32,000 nt of DNA from an uncultured Acidobacteriota bacterium. Lineage in GTDB: Bacteria; Acidobacteriota; Terriglobia; Terriglobales; Acidobacteriaceae. The notes beneath the pieces are model-generated. The model was not told where the DNA came from. It searched no databases and saw nothing but the letters and a program-made list of their open reading frames with translations. Where the stretch lies: positions 955,558 through 987,557 of the forward strand of contig CAVOKO010000012.1 of assembly GCA_963696525.1 (NCBI GenBank), given 5' to 3'. Position numbers and translations under genes: made by a program. This document shows positions 9,369-17,584 of this stretch, piece by piece (position 1 is the first letter of the stretch; every line of letters begins with the position of its first letter).

Positions 9369-10462
9369 ATCTGAAGATAGCTGTTTTGCCCGGAGACGGG
9401 GTTGGGCCTGAAGTGACTCGCGAAGCCGTGCGGGTGCTCCGCGCAGTCTCCGACGTAAACGGTTATGAGTTTGAATTTCGCGAATACCCGATCGGGGGCG
9501 CGGCGATCGACGCCGAGAAACAGCCGCTTCCACAACGTACCCGCGACGGATGTCTCGAATGCGACGCCGTGCTTCTGGGTGCCGTGGGCGGTCCGCAATA
9601 CGACGCTTTACCGGCTGAACTGCGTCCTGAGGCGGGAATCCTCGGCCTGCGGCAGGCGCTCGGGGTTTTTGCCAATCTGCGTCCGGCGATAGCTTACGAG
9701 GCGGTCGCCGACTGCTCTCCCATTCGCGCTGAAGTCCTGCGCGGAGCCAATGTGTTGATCGTGCGCGAACTGCTCGGCGGCCTCTATTTTGGTCAGCCCC
9801 GCGGACGCGATGAGCGCGGCGCTTACGACACCATGCGCTATTCCGCGCCGGAGATCGAGCGCGTCGCCCGGATCGCGTTCGAGCAGGCCCGCAATCGGCG
9901 CCACCACCTTACCTCCGTGGACAAAGCCAACGTGCTGGAAACTTCACGGCTCTGGCGGCAGGTGCTCACCGATCTGGCTCGGGAATATCCGGACGTGAGG
10001 CTCGATCATGCTTACGTCGACTCTTTCGCCATGCAGTTGATCTCGACGCCGTCGCGCTTTGACGTGGTGGTCACGGAAAACCTGTTCGGCGACGTGCTTT
10101 CCGACGAGTCGGCGGTTCTGAGCGGTTCACTGGGCATGCTGGGTTCGGCCAGCATCGGCGGCAAAGTTGGTCTTTTCGAACCGATCCATGGCTCCGCGCC
10201 CGATATAGCGGGGAAAAATATCGCCAATCCCATCGGGGCGATTGCCTCGGCGGCCATGCTGTTGCGCTTCGCCGGCGGGCTGCATCGCGACGCCGATGAC
10301 GTTGAATCGGCAATTGCGCTGACGCTGGAGAAAGGTTGCGTCACCGCCGATTTGCGGAGCGAGAAGCGCAAGACGGTATCCACGACGCGTGAGGTCGGAG
10401 ACGAAATCGAGCGGGCGCTGACCGATCTGCTCAGCCAGCACCTTGCCTATCACGCGGTGTAA
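9365..10462 (+). CDS. leuB: 3-isopropylmalate dehydrogenase
   Basis: 365 aa: [17 protein letters not shown]..., [35 protein letters not shown]. Canonical. Confidence 0.95.
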   Translation: MNLKIAVLPGDGVGPEVTREAVRVLRAVSDVNGYEFEFREYPIGGAAIDAEKQPLPQRTRDGCLECDAVLLGAVGGPQYDALPAELRPEAGILGLRQALGVFANLRPAIAYEAVADCSPIRAEVLRGANVLIVRELLGGLYFGQPRGRDERGAYDTMRYSAPEIERVARIAFEQARNRRHHLTSVDKANVLETSRLWRQVLTDLAREYPDVRLDHAYVDSFAMQLISTPSRFDVVVTENLFGDVLSDESAVLSGSLGMLGSASIGGKVGLFEPIHGSAPDIAGKNIANPIGAIASAAMLLRFAGGLHRDADDVESAIALTLEKGCVTADLRSEKRKTVSTTREVGDEIERALTDLLSQHLAYHAV

Positions 10463-10503
10463 TAAAATCTACGCGGTAAGAAAATTTACGCGGTAAAGAG
10501 AAA

Positions 10504-11931
10504 ATGCCACAACCACGCACTCTGTTTGAAAAACTTTGGGACAGCCATGTCGTCCGCCATGCCGAAGGCGAGCCGGCTCTCCTGTTCATCGATCTGCACC
10601 TGGTGCATGAGGTCACGTCTCCGCAGGCCTTCGAAGGTCTGCGCATCGCCGGCCGCAAGGTGCGCCGAACCGATCTCACGGTTGCGACGGTGGATCACAA
10701 CATCGCCACTACGACCGCCGACCGCTTCCGGATTACCGACCTGGTCGCCAAGCAGCAGGTGGAAGCTCTGCGCGCCAATTGCGCCGCGTTCGGCGTCGAG
10801 CTGTTCGATGTCGGTACGGTGGAGCAGGGCATTGTGCACGTCATCGGGCCGGAGCTTGGTTACACGCAGCCCGGTAAGACGATTGTCTGCGGCGACAGTC
10901 ATACCAGCACACACGGAGCCTTCGGCGCGCTGGCGATCGGCATCGGAACCTCGGAAGTGGAACACGTGCTGGCCACGCAGTGCCTGCAACAGGATAAGCC
11001 CAAGGCCATGCGTGTGCGCGTCGATGGCAGGCTGCCCGAAGGGGTTACGGCCAAGGATCTGGCTCTGGCCATCATCGGCAAGATCGGCACCGATGGAGGT
11101 ACTGGCCACGTCATCGAATATGCCGGCGAGGCAGTCCGTGCCCTCTCCATGGAAGGCCGCATGACGTTGTGCAACCTGAGCATCGAAAGCGGCGCGCGCG
11201 CCGGAATGGTGGCTCCCGACGAGACTACGTTCGCCTATGTCAAGGGCCGCAAGAACGCGCCCAAGGGCGCCGGCTGGGATAAGGCTGTCGCCTACTGGCG
11301 CACGCTGCCCACCGACGAGGGCGCCAGCTTCGACAAGGAAGTTTTACTCCATGCCGCGGAACTGACCCCGCACGTCACCTGGGGCACAAACCCGGGAATG
11401 GTTTCGCCCATCACCGGACGCGTGCCGAACCCGCAGGATGCCGCCAGCGAAGCGGAGAGGAGCGCGCTGGAGCGTGCTCTCAGCTATATGGCGCTGAAGC
11501 CCGGCACGCAACTCACCGACATCGCCATCGACCGCGTCTTCATCGGCTCCTGCACCAACGGGAGGCTTGACGATCTTCGCGCCGCCGCACGCGTTCTGCG
11601 CGGCTACAAGATTCACCCGAAGGTCCACGCCATGATCGTTCCCGGATCGCAGGCGGTGAAGGCCGCCGCCGAGCAGGAAGGGCTCGATCGCATCTTTCTG
11701 GACGCGGGCGCGGAGTGGCGCGAATCGGGCTGCTCGATGTGTCTGGGGATGAACCCCGACATTTTGCAGCCGGGCCAGCGCTGCGCCGCCACCAGCAACC
11801 GCAACTTCGAAGGACGCCAGGGCAAGGGCGGTCGCACCCACCTCGTCAGTCCGGCAATGGCCGCCGCCGCCGCCGTCGCGGGGCACTTCACAGACGTTCG
11901 CGCCTGGCAATTCAAGGATCAGGAAAAATGA
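10504..11931 (+). CDS. leuC: 3-isopropylmalate dehydratase large subunit
   Basis: 475 aa: [58 protein letters not shown]. Aconitase-family Fe-S ligand motifs. Confidence 0.95.
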   Translation: MPQPRTLFEKLWDSHVVRHAEGEPALLFIDLHLVHEVTSPQAFEGLRIAGRKVRRTDLTVATVDHNIATTTADRFRITDLVAKQQVEALRANCAAFGVELFDVGTVEQGIVHVIGPELGYTQPGKTIVCGDSHTSTHGAFGALAIGIGTSEVEHVLATQCLQQDKPKAMRVRVDGRLPEGVTAKDLALAIIGKIGTDGGTGHVIEYAGEAVRALSMEGRMTLCNLSIESGARAGMVAPDETTFAYVKGRKNAPKGAGWDKAVAYWRTLPTDEGASFDKEVLLHAAELTPHVTWGTNPGMVSPITGRVPNPQDAASEAERSALERALSYMALKPGTQLTDIAIDRVFIGSCTNGRLDDLRAAARVLRGYKIHPKVHAMIVPGSQAVKAAAEQEGLDRIFLDAGAEWRESGCSMCLGMNPDILQPGQRCAATSNRNFEGRQGKGGRTHLVSPAMAAAAAVAGHFTDVRAWQFKDQEK

Positions 11932-12521
11932 AACCGTTGCGTGTACACAAAGGAATCGCGGTGCCGATGGACAAGATTAACATCGACACCGACCAGATCA
12001 TTCCCAAGCAGTTTCTCAAGCGCATCGAGCGCACGGGTTACGGCGACTTCCTGTTTTTCGACTGGCGCTTCCGGCCGGACGGCAGCGAAGATCCGTCGTT
12101 TGTCCTCAATCACCCCGTGTACCGCAAGGGCAGCATCTTGATCGGAGGGCGAAATTTCGGTTGCGGCTCTTCTCGCGAGCACGCGCCGTGGGCGCTTTCC
12201 GATTTCGGTATCCACATCGTAATTGCGCCGTCGTTCGCCGACATCTTTTTCAACAATTGCGCCAAGAACGGGATGCTGACGGTAATTCTCAGTGAGGAAC
12301 AGGTCGCGGAATTGGCGCGCCGGGCGCGGGAAAAACCCGGTCACCAATTGACCGTCGATCTGGAAAACCAGACGGTTTCCGACGATCAAGGCTTTCGCGC
12401 CGCATTCTCCATCGATCCTTTCAAACGCCATTGCCTGCTGCATGGGCTGGATGACATCAGCCTGACCCTGCAACACGAGGCGGAGATTGAGGCATTCGAA
12501 AAGAAACGGGTTCAGTTCTGA
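11928..12521 (+). CDS. leuD: 3-isopropylmalate dehydratase small subunit
   Basis: ATG 11928 overlaps the leuC stop (ATGA). [33 protein letters not shown]..., [17 protein letters not shown]. Confidence 0.95.
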   Translation: MKPLRVHKGIAVPMDKINIDTDQIIPKQFLKRIERTGYGDFLFFDWRFRPDGSEDPSFVLNHPVYRKGSILIGGRNFGCGSSREHAPWALSDFGIHIVIAPSFADIFFNNCAKNGMLTVILSEEQVAELARRAREKPGHQLTVDLENQTVSDDQGFRAAFSIDPFKRHCLLHGLDDISLTLQHEAEIEAFEKKRVQF

Positions 12522-12523
12522 GT

Positions 12524-12559
12524 GTGCTGCCGGAATCTCTTATGTCGCTTCGGCAGCAC
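12524..12559 (+). terminator. candidate hairpin terminator between convergent leuD and the DUF3592-like gene
   Basis: GTGCTGCCG (12524-12532) pairs with CGGCAGCAC (12551-12559): a 9-bp stem with an 18-nt loop. It starts 3 nt after the leuD stop and is followed by GGTTGTTGCT. The loop is long and the U-tract weak. Confidence 0.35.
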
Positions 12560-12568
12560 GGTTGTTGC

Positions 12569-12958
12569 TCATGACGCTGCAACTGACCGAGTAGGATTTC
12601 GAGGATCAATTCGAACTGTTATTGTTGCTCCACGCGGGAACTGATTTATTACCTTTCCAGTCTGTACTTCGTGTGACGAAAAGCTGAAGAGCAGCCACTT
12701 CCGGCATTCGCCGGAATACTGCTTGCCGGCGAAATCGAAGCTGTAGAAAACAACAAACCACCCGTTTCCTCTCGCGGCTAACAGCTCGTAACCCTCAACG
12801 ATCGCAGAAATACGAACCCAACCGCTAGAACGTCGTCTGGTCGCCCATTGTCGCGGACCAAAGTAGTTCCATGTACCCAAGGACCGACTTGACTGGGAAC
12901 AGTTCCATCTAGCACGCCACCCACTGCGGGCGTTCCGCACGTTATGACACCGGTTCAA
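12569..12958 (-). CDS. hypothetical protein with DUF3592-like core; N-terminus doubtful
   Basis: The C-terminal two-thirds (SGWVRISAIVEGYELL...WFVVFYSFDFAGKQYSGE...ITVRIDPRNP) resembles the DUF3592 beta-rich pattern. The N-terminal 45 residues are Arg/Trp-rich with no TM helix and may be out of frame. The region is visibly more AT-rich than its neighbours. Confidence 0.4.
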   Translation of the reverse strand: MNRCHNVRNARSGWRARWNCSQSSRSLGTWNYFGPRQWATRRRSSGWVRISAIVEGYELLAARGNGWFVVFYSFDFAGKQYSGECRKWLLFSFSSHEVQTGKVINQFPRGATITVRIDPRNPTRSVAAS

Positions 12959-13388
12959 GGGGGGTGCGGGAAATATCGGACAGGTGCTGGTGCACCACGA
13001 TCAGCTTGCCCTCGGAATCGAGAGTGAATATATGGGTTCCGCGGCCGTCGGGCACGCCTCGGTTGTATTTTTTCCCGAGGATCGGTTCTTCCAGGTTCTT
13101 GGCCCACGTCCGGAAGGTGTGGATGGCCAGGGCCACATCGTCGGCGAGAAACTTCACGTCGATCGGCGAGGTGATCTCGGCGCGAAAACTGGCGTCTGGC
13201 TTGAAGTACTCGCGTTCCCGGCGGGCTGCCGCCACCCGTCCCAGCTCGGCCCGTGGCGAATACGGGCTGAACGAGGTTGCATCGTATGCGTACATCTTCA
13301 CCAGCTCACCGGGTTTTTTGTCGGCCATGGCTGAAAAGTATCGGCGCACGGCCGCCTGCACTTGTTCTACCGTGAATTTTGTCGTCAC
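12942..13388 (-). CDS. SnoaL-like / NTF2-fold (DUF4440-like) protein, paralog 2
   Basis: GTG 13388 is preceded by GAGGAGG and gives VTTKFTVEQVQAAV..., colinear with the MITNKISSDQVQAFV start of the 1490-1936 paralog. The ORF-track start at 13427 is probably too long. Confidence 0.7.
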   Translation of the reverse strand: MTTKFTVEQVQAAVRRYFSAMADKKPGELVKMYAYDATSFSPYSPRAELGRVAAARREREYFKPDASFRAEITSPIDVKFLADDVALAIHTFRTWAKNLEEPILGKKYNRGVPDGRGTHIFTLDSEGKLIVVHQHLSDISRTPLEPVS

Positions 13389-13552
13389 ACCCACCTCCTC
13401 CGCGTCGACCGGCTCATTTCGGTGCAAGCAGCGTAACGCACTTTATCCAGTTCGCAAAATTACGTAGGTTACGGACCGATTGGGGGCTGCTCGCTCCCCA
13501 GCCGGCACGCGGTTGGCCGCGCCATGGCTGCGCGAATGGGAGTAATTCAGGA

Positions 13553-13989
13553 CAGCTTTGAGATCAGCGATGCCGTCCGGAACGACTGCTGGATCTGGTC
13601 GAGTTGCTATTCGGGGGAGGCCGAGTCGAGGCTGCCGATCTACGAATGAAGCGCTGCAAGCGTTCGGCGGACGTTTTCGCCGCTGGTGGCGAGAATCTCA
13701 CGCCAACCCGCGGGATCGTTTGGCGCCAGACGCGTCATCTCCGGCTGCTTGCCGCACGGAGCCTGGGTGCAGTCTCCGTAGTCTCATCGGGCTGCAGCAT
13801 TGTGGCAAGCGCGGCGTTCGGCAATGCGTGCGGCAATCGACTGGCCGATGCAAGCGCCGCATGATGCTCTTCAGGAGTCATGCAATCGTAAGCGTATGTC
13901 TTCGCCAGTTCCCTGGCTCTTTGGTCGGCGGTCGATTCAAAGTATCGGCAAATGGCTGCAAATATGTGTCTCATGATGTTCTTTCTCAT
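13553..13989 (-). pseudogene. chimeric duplication remnant: 5' ~35 codons of a snoaL-like gene fused to the 3' third of a tyrA copy, with a frameshift and in-frame stops
   Basis: Minus strand: MRKNIMRHIFAAICRYFESTADQRARELAKTYAYD matches TVEQVQAAVRRYFSAMADKKPGELVKMYAYD. It joins at 13885/13884 to CMTPEEHHAALASASRLPHALPNAALA, which matches tyrA CMTPAEHDLVLAFTSHLPQLLSIALA. The match then continues in another frame (PCGKQPEMTRLAPNDPAGWREILATSGENVRRTLAAL vs PCGGGLRDMTRLAKSDPLVWRDILATNGDNIRRALAEI). At DNA level, 13553-13590 and 14240-14277 are near identical. Confidence 0.65.
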
Positions 13990-14250
13990 CACAGGGCTAC
14001 TGCTGGGACCGATACGTCTAAGGTCGAATCCTATATGGTTTTGCGCATTCGTCAAATTACCGAGGTAACGCTGGGGGATGGGTCTGGCTGGTTGGAGCGA
14101 CTCCAGAATCGGTGCATCCCGGAACTGGTAATGGCGGGTTCACTGTCACTCCGGCAAGCGAAACGCTACGCTCGCCGGGGACTCGCGTGCCCAGCTGCTC
14201 CATGGGGTATCTCTTTCGCGAAAGTGCTCCAACTCAGCACAGCTTCGAAA

Positions 14251-15132
14251 TCAGCGATGCCGTCCGGAACGATTGCTGGATTGGTCGAATTGCGCTTCGG
14301 ACAGGGCGGAACTCAGGCTGCCGATTTGCCGTTGAATTTCCGCCAGGGCTCGCCGGATGTTGTCGCCGTTGGTAGCGAGGATGTCGCGCCAGACAAGGGG
14401 ATCGCTCTTGGCCAGGCGTGTCATATCGCGCAAGCCGCCGCCGCAGGGAATGCGACTGTAGCCGTCGTCGCCGGCATCCACTCTGAGTTCGCCAAGCACG
14501 GTGTTGGCCAGAGCGATCGACAATAGCTGCGGCAGGTGACTGGTGAAGGCGAGCACGAGGTCGTGCTCTGCGGGCGTCATGCAGACGGGCGAAGCCCCAA
14601 TTTTGCGGATCAACTCCATCCAGCCGGCGTGCAGGGAAGTGGGGGCCGGAGAAGAGGCGGAGGGTCCGGCTGCGATTCGATAGGCGTGAACACCCACTTT
14701 GCCCCGCGAAACAGGTAAGGGTCGGCTTGCTCGATGCCGTGCGTTCCTTGCCCGAAATCGGATGGCCGGGCAGAAATCGCCGCTGCGCGGGCGCGCCGAA
14801 GACGTTTCTGGCTTGGCTTGGGCGACGATCTCAACCTTGGTACTGCCGGTGTCGGTGATGAGCGCCTGTGCGGGAGCGTGTTTAGCGACCACCGGCAACA
14901 GTGCAAGAATCGAAGAAATCGGGGTCGACAGCACGATCACGTCGGCATCCCGGACGGCACTCTCGATTGCTGGCGCCGCGCGATCGATCGCTCCCAACCG
15001 GACTGCCTTTTCGAGCACTTCCGGCGCGTCGCTGCCAGCGATTCCGCCGCGAAATCCCGCGGTCCGCAGAGCGGCGCCGAGTGACCCGCCAATCAGCCCG
15101 CAGCCGACAATCGCGATCTTACTGATTTGCAT
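14251..15132 (-). CDS. tyrA: prephenate dehydrogenase; the ORF is open but ~75 central codons are out of frame (three compensating 1-nt deletions)
   Basis: ATG 15132 gives MQISKIAIVGCGLIGGSLGAAL (Rossmann motif). The C-terminus reads WMELIRKIGASPVCMTPAEHDLVLAFTSHLPQLL...GGGLRDMTRLAKSDPLVWRDI. The conserved core is only readable in the other two frames: NVFGAPAQRRFLPGHPISGKERT, then GIEQADPYLFRGAKWVFTPI (about 14810-14650). Confidence 0.8.
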   Translation of the reverse strand: MQISKIAIVGCGLIGGSLGAALRTAGFRGGIAGSDAPEVLEKAVRLGAIDRAAPAIESAVRDADVIVLSTPISSILALLPVVAKHAPAQALITDTGSTKVEIVAQAKPETSSARPRSGDFCPAIRFRARNARHRASRPLPVSRGKVGVHAYRIAAGPSASSPAPTSLHAGWMELIRKIGASPVCMTPAEHDLVLAFTSHLPQLLSIALANTVLGELRVDAGDDGYSRIPCGGGLRDMTRLAKSDPLVWRDILATNGDNIRRALAEIQRQIGSLSSALSEAQFDQSSNRSGRHR

Positions 15133-16189
15133 GCATGATCTCACGCCGCCGTGGCGCGGGTTGCGGAAGCGCGGACAGCCGCGCCTGCACTCTACGCACC
15201 GGCTCGGCCAGCCCTCTCATTAGCTTTGCGAACTCGGCGATGTTGAGAGACTGCGCGCCATCGGACAAAGCATTTTCCGGATTGGGATGCACTTCGAGCA
15301 GCAGTCCATCGGCCCCGGCGGCCAGTGCGGCTCGCGAGACTGCTGGAACCAGATCGCGTCTGCCGGTGGCGTGCGAAGGATCGGCCAACACGGGAAGATG
15401 CGTAAGCTGCCTGGCCAGCGCCACGGCGCCGATGTCGAACGTATTGCGGGTTTCAGTACCCGAGCCTTTGATGCCGCGTTCGCACAGGATCACGTTGGGA
15501 TTCCCGCCCGCCAGCAGATATTCGGCCGCCAGCAGCCATTCCTCGACGCTGGCCGCCGGATTGCGCTTGAGCAAAACGGGCTTGTCCACGGTCGCAAGCC
15601 GTCGAAGCAGCGCGAAGTTCTGCATGTTCCGCGCTCCCACCTGTAACACATCGGCGTACTCGCAGACGGTCTCGACATCATCGGTGCTCAGCACCTCGGT
15701 AACGATCGGCAAGCCGGTTTCTTCGCGGGCTTCGGCCAGCAGCTTCAGGCCCTTCACTCCCAGTCCCTGGAACTCGTAAGGCGATGTGCGGGGCTTGTAC
15801 GCGCCTCCGCGCAGCATGGTGGCGCCGCCGTCCCGCACTCCGCGGGCCGCGGCCATCAACTGTTCGCGAGATTCCACCGAACACGGCCCGGCGATCACGA
15901 CCGCCGTCTCGCCGCCGATCTCGACATCGCCCACCCTGACGATGGTCCGCTGCTTGCGGGATTGTATCGAAGCCAGCTTGAAACGATGAGTGACGTTGAT
16001 GAGCGAGTCCACGGCCGGCAGCAGGCGCAGAGCCTGGTCGCCGTTACCATCGAGTCTGGACTGGTTCGTTACCACCACGATGCGGCTCGCTTCGCGCACC
16101 ACATGGGCCTGAATACCGCGATTCTGAAGGTTGGAGACAACTCGCAGGACATCCTCGCGTGTTGCCGTATTCCGCATGCTGACCAACAT
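15119..16189 (-). CDS. aroF: 3-deoxy-7-phosphoheptulonate (DAHP) synthase, type I-beta, with an N-terminal ferredoxin/ACT-like regulatory domain
   Basis: ATG 16189 is preceded by GAGGAG. The N-terminal ~70 aa (MLVSMRNTATREDVLRVVSNLQNRGIQAHVV...) precede the KDO8P/DAHPS-like barrel (VIAGPCSVESREQL, LRGGAYKPRTSPYEFQGLG, LQVGARNMQNF, CERGI, DPSHATGRRD), as in Thermotoga-type DAH7PS. Confidence 0.9.
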   Translation of the reverse strand: MLVSMRNTATREDVLRVVSNLQNRGIQAHVVREASRIVVVTNQSRLDGNGDQALRLLPAVDSLINVTHRFKLASIQSRKQRTIVRVGDVEIGGETAVVIAGPCSVESREQLMAAARGVRDGGATMLRGGAYKPRTSPYEFQGLGVKGLKLLAEAREETGLPIVTEVLSTDDVETVCEYADVLQVGARNMQNFALLRRLATVDKPVLLKRNPAASVEEWLLAAEYLLAGGNPNVILCERGIKGSGTETRNTFDIGAVALARQLTHLPVLADPSHATGRRDLVPAVSRAALAAGADGLLLEVHPNPENALSDGAQSLNIAEFAKLMRGLAEPVRRVQARLSALPQPAPRRREIMHANQ

Positions 16190-16200
16190 GATGACTCCTC

Positions 16201-17094
16201 TTATTTGTGCTGTTCCCGGCTGGTGTTGCAGGACCCGAGATACCTTAATTCCGCGTTCATCGCGTGCAATGGCCCGGCCACGCAGGCTTCCAGTTTTTGC
16301 CTGGAGGCCGCCACGTCGAGGAAGAACCGGTACTGCCAAGGCGTGCCCTTGATCGGACGGCTTACCAGGCTCAGTAAATCGATTTGAGAATTGGCGAACG
16401 GCGCCAGCGCGTGATAAAGCGATCCGGGCCGGTTCGGGAGCGTCAGCGCAATCGTCGAGGTCGTGTTGTCGGCATGTATTTTCACCGCGGGCGACAGCAG
16501 GGCGAAGCGCGTGAAGTTGTTGCGAAAGTCTTCGATATGTTCCAGCAGGATCGAACCGCCATAGAGTTCGGCCGCCTCGCTGCCGGCGATGGCTGCTCGT
16601 GAACGGTCGCCGGCGTTGATCACCGCTTGCACGCTTCCCGCCGTGTCATCGGCCACCTTGCGCATGATGTGTGGGTAATTGGCGAAGAAGCGCTCGCACT
16701 GTGCCAGGGCGACGGGGTGCGATTCGACCTCCCGGACATCTTCGAGTTTCGCTTGCGGAACGGCGATCAGACAATGCGAGATCTGGAGAACGGTCTCGTC
16801 GATGATGCTCAGTCCGGCATCGTAGAGCAGGTCGTAACATTGATAGACGGTTCCCGCCAGGGTGTTTTCCAGCGGGGCGACGATATAGTCGGCGCGATTT
16901 TCGCCGATGGCGCTGAACAGAGTCTCGAAATCCCTGCATTCGACGGGGATCGCGCCGGCGGGAAACAGGCGGCGAACCGCGGTCTCGCTGAAGGCTCCGC
17001 GGCGGCCCTGGAAGGCGACTCGCGGCGACCTTGGGTCCGCAACCACCTCCGTTGTCGCCGTGGCCGGAGCAGCGGACTTGGAGGAGTCGCTCAC
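16201..17094 (-). CDS. pheA: prephenate dehydratase (PDT plus ACT domains)
   Basis: 297 aa: VAFQGRRGAFSETA, PLENTLAGTV, ESHPVALAQC, TRFALL, and the ACT region PNRPGSLYHALAPFA...SRP...WQYRFFLD. The start overlaps the chorismate mutase stop (ATGA 17091-17094). Confidence 0.9.
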   Translation of the reverse strand: MSDSSKSAAPATATTEVVADPRSPRVAFQGRRGAFSETAVRRLFPAGAIPVECRDFETLFSAIGENRADYIVAPLENTLAGTVYQCYDLLYDAGLSIIDETVLQISHCLIAVPQAKLEDVREVESHPVALAQCERFFANYPHIMRKVADDTAGSVQAVINAGDRSRAAIAGSEAAELYGGSILLEHIEDFRNNFTRFALLSPAVKIHADNTTSTIALTLPNRPGSLYHALAPFANSQIDLLSLVSRPIKGTPWQYRFFLDVAASRQKLEACVAGPLHAMNAELRYLGSCNTSREQHK

Positions 17095-17360
17095 GCCCTG
17101 CTCTCCTGAATGCGTCGTGATTCGCGGATGATGCTGCGGAAGATGGCGGCTACGCTCCTGGTGTTGAGCGGGCCCCGGTTTTGCTCGCGCAAGCGCCGCA
17201 AGACCTCCGCTTCGCGGGTGCCGTCGAGCACCGGCATTCTGTGTTCCCGCTTGAGTTTGCCGATATCCTCGACAATGCGGGCGCGTTGGTTCAGCAAGTC
17301 GAGCAGCCTCTGGTCAATTTCGTCAATCTCAGCGCGCCGTCGCCAAATCCTCGGTGTCAT
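17091..17360 (-). CDS. chorismate mutase, AroQ class (monofunctional)
   Basis: 89 aa: RRRAEIDEIDQRLLDLLNQRARIVEDIGKLKREHRMPVLDGTREAEVLRRL, the typical AroQ helical motif. Strong SD GAGAGGAG upstream. Confidence 0.85.
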   Translation of the reverse strand: MTPRIWRRRAEIDEIDQRLLDLLNQRARIVEDIGKLKREHRMPVLDGTREAEVLRRLREQNRGPLNTRSVAAIFRSIIRESRRIQESRA

Positions 17361-17400
17361 CGGCCGTCTCCTCTCAAGTCCTTTTCCGATTCACTATCCA

Positions 17401-17437
17401 AAAACAAAAAAGCCGCGACTTTGTGAGTCGCGGCTTT
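17401..17437 (-). terminator. intrinsic terminator acting as the attenuator stem (helix 3:4) upstream of the aromatic operon
   Basis: Minus strand: AAAGCCGCGACU cacaa AGUCGCGGCUUU followed by UUUGUUUU. This is a 10-bp GC-rich stem plus A-U extension with a 5-nt loop and a U-tract. It lies 41 nt upstream of the chorismate mutase ATG and 22 nt downstream of the leader-ORF stop. Confidence 0.75.
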
Positions 17438-17459
17438 CGAAGCTTTGCTGGTTGAGACT

Positions 17460-17579
17460 TTAGGTTTCCATCACCCCAGCACACGAGCCTCGGTCGGCCG
17501 CCACTCTAAAGTAGTAGCGGTAAGCGTATCCGAAGCTAAATCGATAAGTGTGCATGAACGTAACGGTCCAACCCGACAT
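17460..17579 (-). CDS. candidate Phe/Tyr-rich leader peptide (39 codons) of the aromatic-operon attenuator
   Basis: Below the ORF-track size cut-off; read by hand: ATG TCG GGT TGG ACC GTT ACG TTC ATG CAC ACT TAT CGA TTT AGC TTC GGA TAC GCT TAC CGC TAC TAC TTT AGA GTG ... TAA = MSGWTVTFMHTYRFSFGYAYRYYFRVAADRGSCAGVMET. 10 of the first 24 residues are aromatic. Alternative helices overlap the Tyr codons. Confidence 0.6.
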   Translation of the reverse strand: MSGWTVTFMHTYRFSFGYAYRYYFRVAADRGSCAGVMET

Positions 17580-17584
17580 CAATT

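Noticed and set aside
8568-9533. 321-aa minus-strand ORF
   Set aside because: It is antisense to leuA/leuB, Arg/Leu/Gln-rich, and has no motifs.
13558-14526. 322-aa plus-strand ORF spanning the duplication region
   Set aside because: It is antisense to the tyrA 3' end and to the chimeric remnant. The minus-strand frames carry the recognisable TyrA and SnoaL similarity, and this frame has none.
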